A stretch of 32,000 bases of DNA, taken from Ignicoccus islandicus DSM 13165. Lineage in GTDB: Archaea; Thermoproteota; Thermoprotei_A; Sulfolobales; Ignicoccaceae. Where the stretch lies: assembly GCF_001481685.1 (NCBI RefSeq), contig NZ_CP006867.1:1230001-1262000 (forward strand), read 5' to 3'. The position numbers and the translations under genes were made by a program. Positions within the stretch are counted from its first letter, which is position 1. Each line of letters opens with the position of its first letter. Of the stretch, positions 19,302-28,233 are shown piece after piece. Under the pieces are notes generated by a model. That model did no database searches. It saw nothing but the letters and a program-made list of their open reading frames with translations, and was not told the DNA's origin.

Positions 19302-20336
19302 CTAAGATGCCTCTTTGAGGCTAGCGAACTCCTCAAGGGCTTTTTCCTTTAGAACGGCTAACACCTCATGCACGCCAATCCCATTAAGTATCGAAAGTTC
19401 GAATAAGTTCTTGCCCATAGTTCTAGCCAATTCCTTGACTTCCCTAAGCTTAACCGCATCAGCAACGTCGATCTTATTGGCTGCCAATACCACCCTTTCG
19501 TTTCCAACTACTTTTAATACGTTATCCAAAACGCGCGCTTGCTTCTCAATAGGGGGTCCTTCCGCGCTAACGTCGAAAAGGAAGAGGAGGGAATTAGGTA
19601 GGTGTCTTATTGCAATAGCGGCCCTTTTTTCTATTTCATTCATTTCCTCCCACGTTCTGTCCAATATCCCGGGCGTGTCAACCACTTGAAACTTATACCT
19701 TCCATCAAAGAAGTGACCAACGTGAACTTCCTTAGTAGTGAAGGGATACGAGGCTACTTCCACTTCCGCTGACGAAACGAACTTGACGAAACTCGATTTT
19801 CCCGTTGAAGGCATCCCAGCTACAACTATTCTGGGTTCATTGAAATCTATTGATGGGAGACTAGAGATTGCTAACTTGAACTTCAATATCACGTCAAGCG
19901 CTCCTCTGGATCGCTTCACAGCGTTCAACGCTCTTCCAACAGCCTCTCTCCTAATTCTAGCTGCTTCCTCTAAGCTGACCGCCGTTTTAACTAGAACCCG
20001 ATAGTCTTCCCACATTTCCTCCAACTTCTTCCTGAGTCTCTTCAAACCGTGAACCACTGCCCAATACTTCTGATAGGGGACGCTAAGCGAAGCTAACTCA
20101 ATGTAGAACGGATGTAACTCTTCAGGTTTAGGTAATTGGTCTAGGAACTTTAACTTGTCTAGGATTATTTGGTAGACCAAGCTCACCCTTTGCACTTCCA
20201 ATTCTATTAGGTCCTTCGGTCTCTTACTCTTGGGTTTTAGCTTCGGGTACCTTTTTAGTACCTTATTAACTATCTCGTCTGAAGTCGGTACGTGCAAATG
20301 CCTAAAGTAATCTGGTGGATCCCTCAAGTACCTCAA
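19302..20336 (-). CDS. NOG1-family GTPase
   Basis: 344 aa; G1 GMPSTGKSS, G3 VVDTPGILDR, G4 ANKIDV, N-terminal NOG1-like helical bundle. Confidence 0.92.
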   Translation of the reverse strand: MRYLRDPPDYFRHLHVPTSDEIVNKVLKRYPKLKPKSKRPKDLIELEVQRVSLVYQIILDKLKFLDQLPKPEELHPFYIELASLSVPYQKYWAVVHGLKRLRKKLEEMWEDYRVLVKTAVSLEEAARIRREAVGRALNAVKRSRGALDVILKFKLAISSLPSIDFNEPRIVVAGMPSTGKSSFVKFVSSAEVEVASYPFTTKEVHVGHFFDGRYKFQVVDTPGILDRTWEEMNEIEKRAAIAIRHLPNSLLFLFDVSAEGPPIEKQARVLDNVLKVVGNERVVLAANKIDVADAVKLREVKELARTMGKNLFELSILNGIGVHEVLAVLKEKALEEFASLKEAS

Positions 20337-20390
20337 TTCGGACCCCTTAAATGGGAACTAACGTAGGGATAAAACTGGAGGGGAACCGCC

Positions 20391-21143
20391 TTAGGGAAAG
20401 GCAAGGTCTTCTTAGTAGGGGCCGGTCCTGGAGGCGCTTGGCTAACGCCCTCATGCGTTCCGGGACTTCTCAGGACGGCTGACGTCGTACTCTACGATAA
20501 CTTAATAGATGAAAGCTTACTCTCCTTTGCATACAATGCCGAACTTATATATGTAGGAAAAATGCCGGGAAAACACACTAAGACACAAGAAGAGATAAAT
20601 GAGTTATTAAAGGAGAAAGCGATCGAAGGGAAAATAGTTGTTAGGTTGAAAGGAGGTGATCCGTTCGTTCTAGGAAGAGGCGATGAGGAATGCGACTATT
20701 TATTGAGTAATGGAATAGAATGTGAAGTAATTCCCGCTCCTACTTCCGCTACGGCCGTTCCAGCTTGCGCCGGAATACCCATTACTAGAAGGAACCTAGC
20801 TAATACCTTCGCGGTAGTTACCGGAAGAGCGGCGGAAGGTAGTAGGAAGCCTAAATACGGTGAAATACTTAAAGTAGTGGATACTTTGGTCGTTCTGATG
20901 GGTGTGGGTAACCTTAAGGAAATAGTGAGGGATATCGAGGTCTCCGTTGGTCAAATACCAAGCGCAGCAATAATGAAGGGATGTACCAAGGAACAAAGGG
21001 TCGTATTAGGACTTTCAACTTATTTACCGGATCTAGTTGAAAAGAACGACATAACGCCCCCTTCGGTATTAGTATTTGGAGAAGTGGTGAAGTGGGCTTG
21101 GGAGAAGAAACTGGTACGAAACGTTGTAGAGGCAAAGTTCTAA
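20391..21143 (+). CDS. cobA: Uroporphyrinogen-III C-methyltransferase (SUMT/CobA-like); true start uncertain and upstream of the ORF-track ATG at 20562
   Basis: Frame of the tracked ORF is open back to 20373 and reads LGKGKVFLVGAGPGGAWLTPSCVPGLLRTADVVLYDNLIDE... then KMPGKHTKTQEEIN...VVRLKGGDPFVLGRGDEE. No ATG/GTG/TTG/CTG codon in frame between 20373 and 20562; GGAGG at 20377-20381 precedes TTA at 20391. Confidence 0.85.
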   Translation, partial: LGKGKVFLVGAGPGGAWLTPSCVPGLLRTADVVLYDNLIDESLLSFAYNAELIYVGKMPGKHTKTQEEINELLKEKAIEGKIVVRLKGGDPFVLGRGDEECDYLLSNGIECEVIPAPTSATAVPACAGIPITRRNLANTFAVVTGRAAEGSRKPKYGEILKVVDTLVVLMGVGNLKEIVRDIEVSVGQIPSAAIMKGCTKEQRVVLGLSTYLPDLVEKNDITPPSVLVFGEVVKWAWEKKLVRNVVEAKF

Positions 21144-21820
21144 CGTTCAGGCCGAGAGGCGCTCCCGAGTTAGACCCCTTCGATGTAATAAACGTACCTT
21201 TACTTCAATTAGTTCCAACGCTAAAACCCGAAGAGCTCGAAGAATCAATTAAGAGAGCGGAGGCTGTAGTTTTCACTTCAGTTACGGGAGTGGAAGTAGT
21301 TAAGGAGAAGGTTCCCTCAGTGTTCAATCTAATTAAAGGGAAAAATGTAATAGCAATAGGACCCAAGACGGCCCAAGCTCTAAGGGAGGTTGGACTTGAA
21401 GCGATCGTACCGAAGGAATTCACTTCGGAAGGACTTGTGGAGCTATTGAGAAATTACAACTCGATCGTGGCCGTACGTTCGAGCAAGGGATCGAAGGAAC
21501 TTAGGGAACGTTTAGGAAATAAGCTCAAGGAAGTTATCGCTTACGAAACGCTCAGGTTAAAGAGGAAGGAGGTAGCAGAGCTACTCAATGAGGTAGACGC
21601 TGTTGTAGTCTCTAGCGCTGAAATAGCTAGGGCCTTGATCGAGAGCTTGGAAGAAGCGGGAGTAGACCCGAGCAAAGCGCTCTCGGAAACGGAGATAGTG
21701 GTCATTGGACCGTTTGCTGCGAAGCCCTTGGAAGAGCTCGGGATTCGATTTCATCTGGCGGAGGAAGCTACGTTCGAAGGCGTCAAGAGGAAGCTCATCG
21801 AGATACTATGTAATAAGTAA
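21092..21820 (+). CDS. hemD: Uroporphyrinogen-III synthase
   Basis: 242 aa; VLTFRPRGAPE, AVVFTSVTGVEVV, ALREVGLEAIVPKEFTSEGLVELL, AEEATFEGV; overlaps and follows SUMT. Confidence 0.85.
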   Translation: MGLGEETGTKRCRGKVLTFRPRGAPELDPFDVINVPLLQLVPTLKPEELEESIKRAEAVVFTSVTGVEVVKEKVPSVFNLIKGKNVIAIGPKTAQALREVGLEAIVPKEFTSEGLVELLRNYNSIVAVRSSKGSKELRERLGNKLKEVIAYETLRLKRKEVAELLNEVDAVVVSSAEIARALIESLEEAGVDPSKALSETEIVVIGPFAAKPLEELGIRFHLAEEATFEGVKRKLIEILCNK

Positions 21821-21911
21821 TATATTCAATAGACTTCTATTACTTCTCTAAAGGATGCCCGCTATCGACTCCATTTGAAAGGTAAACGTGAAGGTTTCTA
21901 TTGAGCCTAGA

Positions 21912-22048
21912 TCAGACGTGTCCCCATGTTTTCGAATTAACGGCTACACGTTCTGAAAATTTAGAATGGGTCAATGTAGCGGCGCCCAACGGGAGCCTCC
22001 CTCACGCACCGCTTCCCAAACGGCGTTGGGAGGCCGGAGCCGCATTGA
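21912..22048. ncRNA. Candidate structured non-coding RNA (class and strand unresolved)
   Basis: Two extensive potential helices: 21912-21921 TCAGACGTGT with 21946-21956 ACACG-t-TCTGA; and TCAAT(gta)GCGGC 21971-21983 with GCCGCATTGA 22039-22048 enclosing GCCTCCC 21995-22001 / GGGAGGC 22028-22034 and ACGC/GCGT. Confidence 0.45.
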
Positions 22049-22128
22049 GGTATGCTATGGATCTATATTAATTTGCCCTCAAAACGTCTTTAAGACACGT
22101 TCCCGAACCTCCTTTCGGTGGAGCTCTA

Positions 22129-23130
22129 GTGGAAGAGGAAGGTTACAGTATCTTGATAACGGACGCTACTATAGTAACCGAACCCGGACAGTACCTAAAG
22201 GGATACCTATATATAGATAAAGGAAGGATTGTTGCAATAGGCGAAGGCGAAGTCCCAGAAGAATACTCCTTCGCCACTTACCTAATTAATGGTAAAAACA
22301 AGATCGTTTACCCAGGCTTAATTCTCCCCTTAATAAAGGCTTCCTCCTATCCTTCTCGATTCGGAGGTAAGGAGGCGTCGAATTTCGAGGAACTCTATTA
22401 CGCAACGCAAATGGCGATCCACGACTTGAGTTTAGCGGGCGTAACGGCCTTCGGAACAGTGGAGGAGGTAGTAGAACCCGTCGTGAGAGCGGTAGTTAAC
22501 TCGTACTCGAAAGCGGTAATCTTCGTTAATGCCGACGTTGAAGGTTGGAAGAGACAATTGGATATAATGCTGAACAAGTGGCAAGGTTATCAAGATAGAG
22601 TGTATACTGGCATATATACGGAAACGGACAATAAAGACGCTATTGAAATAGCCGAAAAGTATTCTCTACCCCTCATATCCAAGTGCTGTGGAATCAAGCT
22701 AGTAGAGGAGGAGAGGATAGCGTCGGAGAGGGGTATCGTGAAGCTGGAGAAGAACGGAGTAATTAGTTACGGGTTCAAGAGGTCGTCCAGAACTGTAAAC
22801 CCGTTAAACGTTCTCCGCACCTTGTACTATATAGGAATGGATCCCGTAGAGGTTATGAGATACGTGACCACCAACGCCGCATTAATTCTAGGTCTAAACG
22901 ACAGCGGCGCTATAAAGGTGGGCTATTCAGCTGATATAGTAATTTTCGACGTATCCCAGCCTCCCGGATGGACTGCCGGAAAGGGGCTTCCCGAGGAAGT
23001 AATTCTAACCTCAAACCCGAGAGTTGAGACGCTAATAGTTAGAGGCGAAGTGATAGCGGATTCGTTCGAAATGCTTAGTATAGGGGTCAAGGACGTCAAG
23101 AGAGCCCGAAACCTCTTTGGAGAGCGTTAG
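22129..23130 (+). CDS. Amidohydrolase-family protein lacking metal-binding residues (probable pseudoenzyme), GTG start
   Basis: 333 aa; N-terminal VTEPGQYLKGYLYIDKGRIVAIGEGE and C-terminal GAIKVGYSADIVIFD...VETLIVRGEVIAD are hallmark amidohydrolase composite-domain segments; core HxH is replaced by ILPLIKAS. Confidence 0.8.
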   Translation: MEEEGYSILITDATIVTEPGQYLKGYLYIDKGRIVAIGEGEVPEEYSFATYLINGKNKIVYPGLILPLIKASSYPSRFGGKEASNFEELYYATQMAIHDLSLAGVTAFGTVEEVVEPVVRAVVNSYSKAVIFVNADVEGWKRQLDIMLNKWQGYQDRVYTGIYTETDNKDAIEIAEKYSLPLISKCCGIKLVEEERIASERGIVKLEKNGVISYGFKRSSRTVNPLNVLRTLYYIGMDPVEVMRYVTTNAALILGLNDSGAIKVGYSADIVIFDVSQPPGWTAGKGLPEEVILTSNPRVETLIVRGEVIADSFEMLSIGVKDVKRARNLFGER

Positions 23131-23196
23131 ACATTGTTTATTTCAAATTTAAGTAAATTAAATATTTGTTCATACAGTTTATATAGTATTATTGCA

Positions 23197-23224
23197 AATT
23201 ATTCCAATTAAATGGGAAATAATT
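23197..23224. promoter_or_regulatory. Candidate operator/inverted repeat in the glnA promoter region
   Basis: AATTATT-cc-aattaaat-gg-ga-AATAATT located about 16 nt after an AT-rich TTTATATA box (23178-23185). Confidence 0.35.
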
Positions 23225-23266
23225 GAATACTTGTTCGGAAATCTCTAACTACGCGGGGGACAGTAC

Positions 23267-24760
23267 TTGGTGAGCACTGAAGAAGTGCTTAAGGTAGTTG
23301 AGAAAATCAAATCTGAGAACGTTAGGTGGATAGATATCCACTTCGTAGACGTTCCGGGGAGATTACAACATACTACTTTTCCAGCCAGGGAGTTATTGGA
23401 CGATCCAGAGGAGACCTTTAACGTAGCCATAGGTGGATTCGACGGCTCATCTATTACCGGTTTCACTGTAATTAACGAGAGTGACATGCTTCTTAGGCCT
23501 ATCCCCGAAACCTTTGCGATAATACCAGATGACTGGCAAAATCCGCCCGGAGTCGCTGCCGGGAGAACAGCCAGGTTCATCGCCCAAATCTTCTGGGGAG
23601 GGTACAAGAAGGGAGAAGCACCCAGGTTCGAAAAGGATCCAAGATACATAGCTGAGAGAGCCGAGAGTTACCTTGCTGAACAAGGATACAAGGCCTACTT
23701 CGGACCCGAAGTTGAATTCACTCTATTCGATAAACTAAAGGTAGACATAAACATGCCTTGGCATAAGATGTGCGTCGAAATAAACTACTCTGGAGCCCCA
23801 TGGGATACTCAATTACCTATAATGAAATTTAAACAAGGCTACTTCCCTGCAAACCCTTACGACAAATTATTCTGGATTAGGCAAGAAATCGCAAGTGTAT
23901 TGGAGGATTACTTCGGATTCCAAGTTGAGGCCCATCATCACGAGGTGGCTGGTGCCGGTCAGGGAGAAATAGACTTTAGATTCGATACTGCTGTGAGAGC
24001 CGCTGACAAGGTAGTCACCTTGAAGTACGTCGTAAAGAACATTGCTGCCAAATACGGCATGGTAGCTACTTTCATGCCTAAACCAATCTACGGCGATAAC
24101 GGTAACGGAATGCACACTCATCAAAGCTTGTGGGACATCAAATCTAACAAAAACTTGTTCTACGACCCCAACGACGAGTACGCTGAACTAAGCCAGTTAG
24201 CTAGGTACTACATTGGTGGTATACTAAAGCACGCCAGGGCACTAAGTGCCATAGTGAATCCAACTACATCCAGCTATAAGAGACTGGTCCCAGGTTACGA
24301 GGCACCCATTTACATAGCATGGAGTAAGAGTAACAGATCTGCAATAATCAGAGTTCCCAACTATATGAGAGGCATTGAGAAGGCCGCGAGAATTGAGTAC
24401 AGGTCTCCGGATCCAAGTACTAACCCCTACTTGGCATTCGCTGCGATGGTTGCCGCTGGGCTCGACGGAATAAGGAAGAAAATAGAGCCACCAGATCCCG
24501 TTGATGAGAACATCTACGCAATGGATCCGAAGAAGAAAGCTGAGCTTGAGGAGATAGTTAAGAAGCAATTAGATACAAAGTTACAACTACCTAGTAGCCT
24601 ATGTGAAGCGCTCGACGAACTAGAGTCAGACCACGATTGGCTCTTCCCAATATTCACTAAAGAGATGTATGAGACGTGGATAGAGTTGAAGAGAGAGGAC
24701 TGTAAGAGATTAAATGCCTATCCACACCCAGTCGAGTATTACGAATATTTCGATATCTAA
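23267..24760 (+). CDS. glnA: Glutamine synthetase
   Basis: 497 aa; [89 protein letters not shown]. Confidence 0.97.
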   Translation: MVSTEEVLKVVEKIKSENVRWIDIHFVDVPGRLQHTTFPARELLDDPEETFNVAIGGFDGSSITGFTVINESDMLLRPIPETFAIIPDDWQNPPGVAAGRTARFIAQIFWGGYKKGEAPRFEKDPRYIAERAESYLAEQGYKAYFGPEVEFTLFDKLKVDINMPWHKMCVEINYSGAPWDTQLPIMKFKQGYFPANPYDKLFWIRQEIASVLEDYFGFQVEAHHHEVAGAGQGEIDFRFDTAVRAADKVVTLKYVVKNIAAKYGMVATFMPKPIYGDNGNGMHTHQSLWDIKSNKNLFYDPNDEYAELSQLARYYIGGILKHARALSAIVNPTTSSYKRLVPGYEAPIYIAWSKSNRSAIIRVPNYMRGIEKAARIEYRSPDPSTNPYLAFAAMVAAGLDGIRKKIEPPDPVDENIYAMDPKKKAELEEIVKKQLDTKLQLPSSLCEALDELESDHDWLFPIFTKEMYETWIELKREDCKRLNAYPHPVEYYEYFDI

Positions 24761-24839
24761 AAACCTTTATTTTGGGGCGATCGTCTACGTAGTAGCTCAA
24801 TTCTCATTCCTTAAATGATTAGAAATGTAAATAGTAAAA

Positions 24840-26078
24840 TTAGGCACCGAACTTCTTTGCTCTATTTGCGTAATTAACCATCAAGTTAAACAAGTCCATT
24901 CCGCGTATTCCAGACAACTTGCCTTTAGCCACTGAAATCTCGTTATACTCTTTCGTATCGTCCGGTATTGCGGTAGGTGCGTAGAGCAGCGAGGGGACTG
25001 GGTCTCCCGTATGTTCCTTTACCGTTACTGGAGTGGCGTGATCGGGCGTTACGACGAACACTGCCTCACCATCGTAGTAGTCCATAATGTAACCTGCAAT
25101 GTAATCGAGCGCTTCAATCATCCTTACTTTCTCTTCTACCAGGCCATCGTGTGACGCAGCATCAGTGCCTTTTAAGTGAACGAAGACCATGTCGTAATCT
25201 TTCAACAGTTCGACAGCTTTCCTTGCTTTGCTCTTGTAGTCTGTATCTACTCCCCCGGTAGCTCCGGGTGGGGTATAAAGGTCCATTCCGACTGCCTTGG
25301 CCACGCCAAGAACGAGTGCTGTTGCTCCTACGGCAGCCGCCTTAACGCCTATTCTCTCTTGGAGTGTGGGTAATGGCTTTCTAAGCATTCCGGCACCTCT
25401 TAATAATACTATGTTCGCAGGCGGTAGACCCTTTTCAATTCTCCTCTTGTTCGCTGGATGATCCTTTAACACTTCGTAGCTCTTGAACGTTATTTTCGTT
25501 AGGACTTCCGCTGTCTTCTTAGCTTCGGGGGTATCTTCTAAGGGCCTCGATTCCAGCACGGGCTTTCCTACTTCGTGTGGGTCCGTATCACTGACCTTAT
25601 CGCTTAAGCCTTCGCCTCTAAGGACTACCGCCAGCCTATGTTCAGTAGCGTGATAGAACTCGACCTTTACTCCGTCTACTTCATTTAACTTCTCATTTAG
25701 CACCTCTACTAGCTCACTAGCTTCGTCTACTTTCCTGCCAGCTCTCCTATCTACTACTATTAACTTTCCACCTTCTTCTTTAACTGTTGCAAAGTTACCC
25801 CTCAGTGCAACGTCGCCTTTAGTCAGACTCGCTCCCACTCCCATCGCTTCGAAAGGACCTCTTCCTTCGTACCACAAAAATGGATCGAGACCAAATAGCG
25901 AAATGTGTGCGGTATCGCTACCGGGAGGTATTCCAGGAGCTATTACGTTAATGAGGCCGGTTTGTCCCCTTCTCGCCATCTCATCCAAGTTAGGAGTTGA
26001 AGCTTCTTGTAGAGGGGTTTTGTAGTTAAGGGAAGGTACGAGCCTATCTCCCATTCCATCTCCAACAATTAAGACCAT
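24840..26078 (-). CDS. apgM: 2,3-bisphosphoglycerate-independent phosphoglycerate mutase (archaeal type)
   Basis: 412 aa; VLIVGDGMGDR, ASTPNLDEMARRGQTGLINVIAPGIPPGSDTAHISLFGLDP, VTPDHATPVTVKEHTGDPVP. Confidence 0.95.
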   Translation of the reverse strand: MVLIVGDGMGDRLVPSLNYKTPLQEASTPNLDEMARRGQTGLINVIAPGIPPGSDTAHISLFGLDPFLWYEGRGPFEAMGVGASLTKGDVALRGNFATVKEEGGKLIVVDRRAGRKVDEASELVEVLNEKLNEVDGVKVEFYHATEHRLAVVLRGEGLSDKVSDTDPHEVGKPVLESRPLEDTPEAKKTAEVLTKITFKSYEVLKDHPANKRRIEKGLPPANIVLLRGAGMLRKPLPTLQERIGVKAAAVGATALVLGVAKAVGMDLYTPPGATGGVDTDYKSKARKAVELLKDYDMVFVHLKGTDAASHDGLVEEKVRMIEALDYIAGYIMDYYDGEAVFVVTPDHATPVTVKEHTGDPVPSLLYAPTAIPDDTKEYNEISVAKGKLSGIRGMDLFNLMVNYANRAKKFGA

Positions 26079-26238
26079 TTTGTAAGTCTTGATTTCTTCT
26101 CACCGGTCCCTTGGTAGGCGCCACTTGAATTAAAACGTAAGCGAAAGCTCATCTATACGGTTTCTCCGCACCCTAATTAGGATCTCTACTAAGTTGAAGT
26201 AGTAAAGTAGCTGTTTCTATTTGGTGAACATTAAGATT

Positions 26239-26466
26239 CTTTCTATTCCCTATTGGATCTCTACAAAGCGAGGTAGCTAACGATTCCAGAGACCCTGAAA
26301 AGGAATCTTTCCACTCCCTCTTGGATCTCTACAAGGAAGAAGAAAATTGTTTAGGCGAATTCGTAACCCAGTTCCTCTTTCCACTCCCTCTTGGATCTCT
26401 ACGAAGTTCTCTTTTTCAAAAAGCGAGGGACAGGGCGGCTCTTTCCACTCCCTCTTGGATCTCTAC
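26239..26466 (-). CRISPR. Short CRISPR array: three identical 26-nt repeats plus one 3-mismatch copy; possible further decayed copy at 26164-26189
   Basis: CTTTCCACTCCCTCTTGGATCTCTAC exactly at 26307-26332, 26377-26402, 26441-26466; CTTTCTATTCCCTATTGGATCTCTAC at 26239-26264; spacers 42, 44, 38 nt, mutually dissimilar. Repeat on the minus strand ends in GAAAG as in many crenarchaeal repeats. Confidence 0.85.
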
Positions 26467-27069
26467 CGTTACCCTCCTATTTAAACAACTAATTCCCCAT
26501 CTTTTAACCCTTTCCCTTAGCTCTCCTTTCCTCAACCATACTTTCCTCTCAGAACTTGAACTCAATTAGTTGTCCAATATATGCATGCATATGCTTGTAT
26601 AAGGTAGGTTAGAGTAGAAATCCCCATGATCATCAGAGTTCTCATTATCGCTTATTAACCCCTTAATGCAACTTCTCATTTTAAAGATCGATCTTGAAAG
26701 GACCACGTACTGATGGTCTGAGCTCTAGAGTGGTAAATCTTGTTTGTTTTTGTAAATACAATGTTGAACGATTGGATTGAAATGGAATTAACTATTAGGA
26801 AGGCTGGTAGAAACTGAAGGTGCTTAAGGAGACCATTAATTCTGAATTCAAATGGTTAAGGTTGAGGAAATGAGTGAATTAATTGTTAGTAAATGGAAAA
26901 GCGAATTTGGACAAGAGGTGGAGATGGGGATTCACCATCGGATGGTGAATGAGGGAGGTCATGAATCAATATTCGCTTAAGTACATATAAATCTATTTAG
27001 AATAGAATTTTTATTCAACGAAAGACGAGGAATGTAAAAACTGACTTATTAAACGAAGCAATTGCTGAA

Positions 27070-28116
27070 TTACTCTGAAATGTTATCGAGGAACCTCAGT
27101 CTCTTAGGAATGGGTGGATGTGACATAAACACTTCCATAATGGGGTTGGTTTCTTCTCTCTTAAGTCTCTCAATTATTTCATCCATATCATAGTAAGGCG
27201 AGGCGAAGGTCTGTGTGAATGCGTATATGAACAGCATCTTGGCCGGTGACTCATTAAACTGCTCGAGTTCCTTCTGGTAGACCGGATTGCTCTTAATGTT
27301 CTCGAAGGTTACGTGCAGCCTTGCTAGGGCTCTTTGCATAGGCTTCTTACCCTTTACCTTGGCTCCATGGAGATCTGCATAGTACTCCCTTAACCTATTA
27401 AATTGCAATATAATGAAGTTCAAGATAAAGGATATTGCTACTAATGCTATACCCGCAACTAGGAAAGCAAGAGAGGAGTTTTCCCTATCCCTTTCCGAGG
27501 CACTGCCCCAGAAGCCCCACTCCATCATTATTCTACCGAGATAGTAGACGAACATTGGTGCTAAGGAGAGAGCTAATATGAGCCAGATGTCGTTATGTTT
27601 ATGGTGACCGAGTTCGTGGCCTATTACGGCTTCTAGTTCCTCTTCGTCCATGGTTCTAGTTATTCCTTCCGTTAACGCGACGTATCTGCCAGTAAGGAAG
27701 TTGCCGTAGGCGAAAGCGTTTGGTATGGGCACTCTCGCTATCATTGCCTTTGGTGGCTTTAAGCCGCTTCTTTGTGCTAGTCTATTTACCATTTCTTGTA
27801 TTTCCGGTGGAGCCGGTTCTGCCCGATACATTATATTGATAAGAAACGGCGCAATGAAGTATTGGAGCGCGCCGATGCCGGTCAGTATTAAAGCGAAGGT
27901 CCAAAGCGATGGAACGTATCCTAGATAGCTCGTTAGGAAGGCGTACGCTGCAAACAATATCAACGCGTAGCCGACAATTGTTAGAAACATAAAGAACTTG
28001 AGCTCCTTTTCGCCTCGCGGCGTCCGCGTTATATATGGTGCCATTGCAATAAAGAGTCCTAATGCTACAGCCATTATTATAGGTTCTAATAGGTAGCCTA
28101 TGCCAAACCAGAACAA
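27070..28116 (-). CDS. htpX: M48-family membrane zinc metalloprotease (HtpX-like)
   Basis: 348 aa; HELGHHK zinc motif, N-terminal and internal TM helices, FNRLREYYADLHGAKV. Confidence 0.92.
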   Translation of the reverse strand: MFWFGIGYLLEPIIMAVALGLFIAMAPYITRTPRGEKELKFFMFLTIVGYALILFAAYAFLTSYLGYVPSLWTFALILTGIGALQYFIAPFLINIMYRAEPAPPEIQEMVNRLAQRSGLKPPKAMIARVPIPNAFAYGNFLTGRYVALTEGITRTMDEEELEAVIGHELGHHKHNDIWLILALSLAPMFVYYLGRIMMEWGFWGSASERDRENSSLAFLVAGIALVAISFILNFIILQFNRLREYYADLHGAKVKGKKPMQRALARLHVTFENIKSNPVYQKELEQFNESPAKMLFIYAFTQTFASPYYDMDEIIERLKREETNPIMEVFMSHPPIPKRLRFLDNISE

Positions 28117-28233
28117 CGTTCGTTATCCCTAGACTCCAAACCTCCCCTTCACCGATTAAAGCTTTGGAGTACTCAAGGTCGTTCAAGGTATAAATTCAAG
28201 CTCAATAGGTATCAGACTAGGATTGAAAGGGAC

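Noticed and set aside
21966-22220. 84-aa + strand ORF in the hemD-amidohydrolase gap.
   Set aside because: Low-complexity basic/Ser-rich translation lying over the structured element and overlapping the real CDS in another frame; not protein-like.
26321-26569. 82-aa ORF across the CRISPR array.
   Set aside because: Its translation is produced by the repeats themselves (LFPLPLGSLR...STPSWIST) and is spurious.
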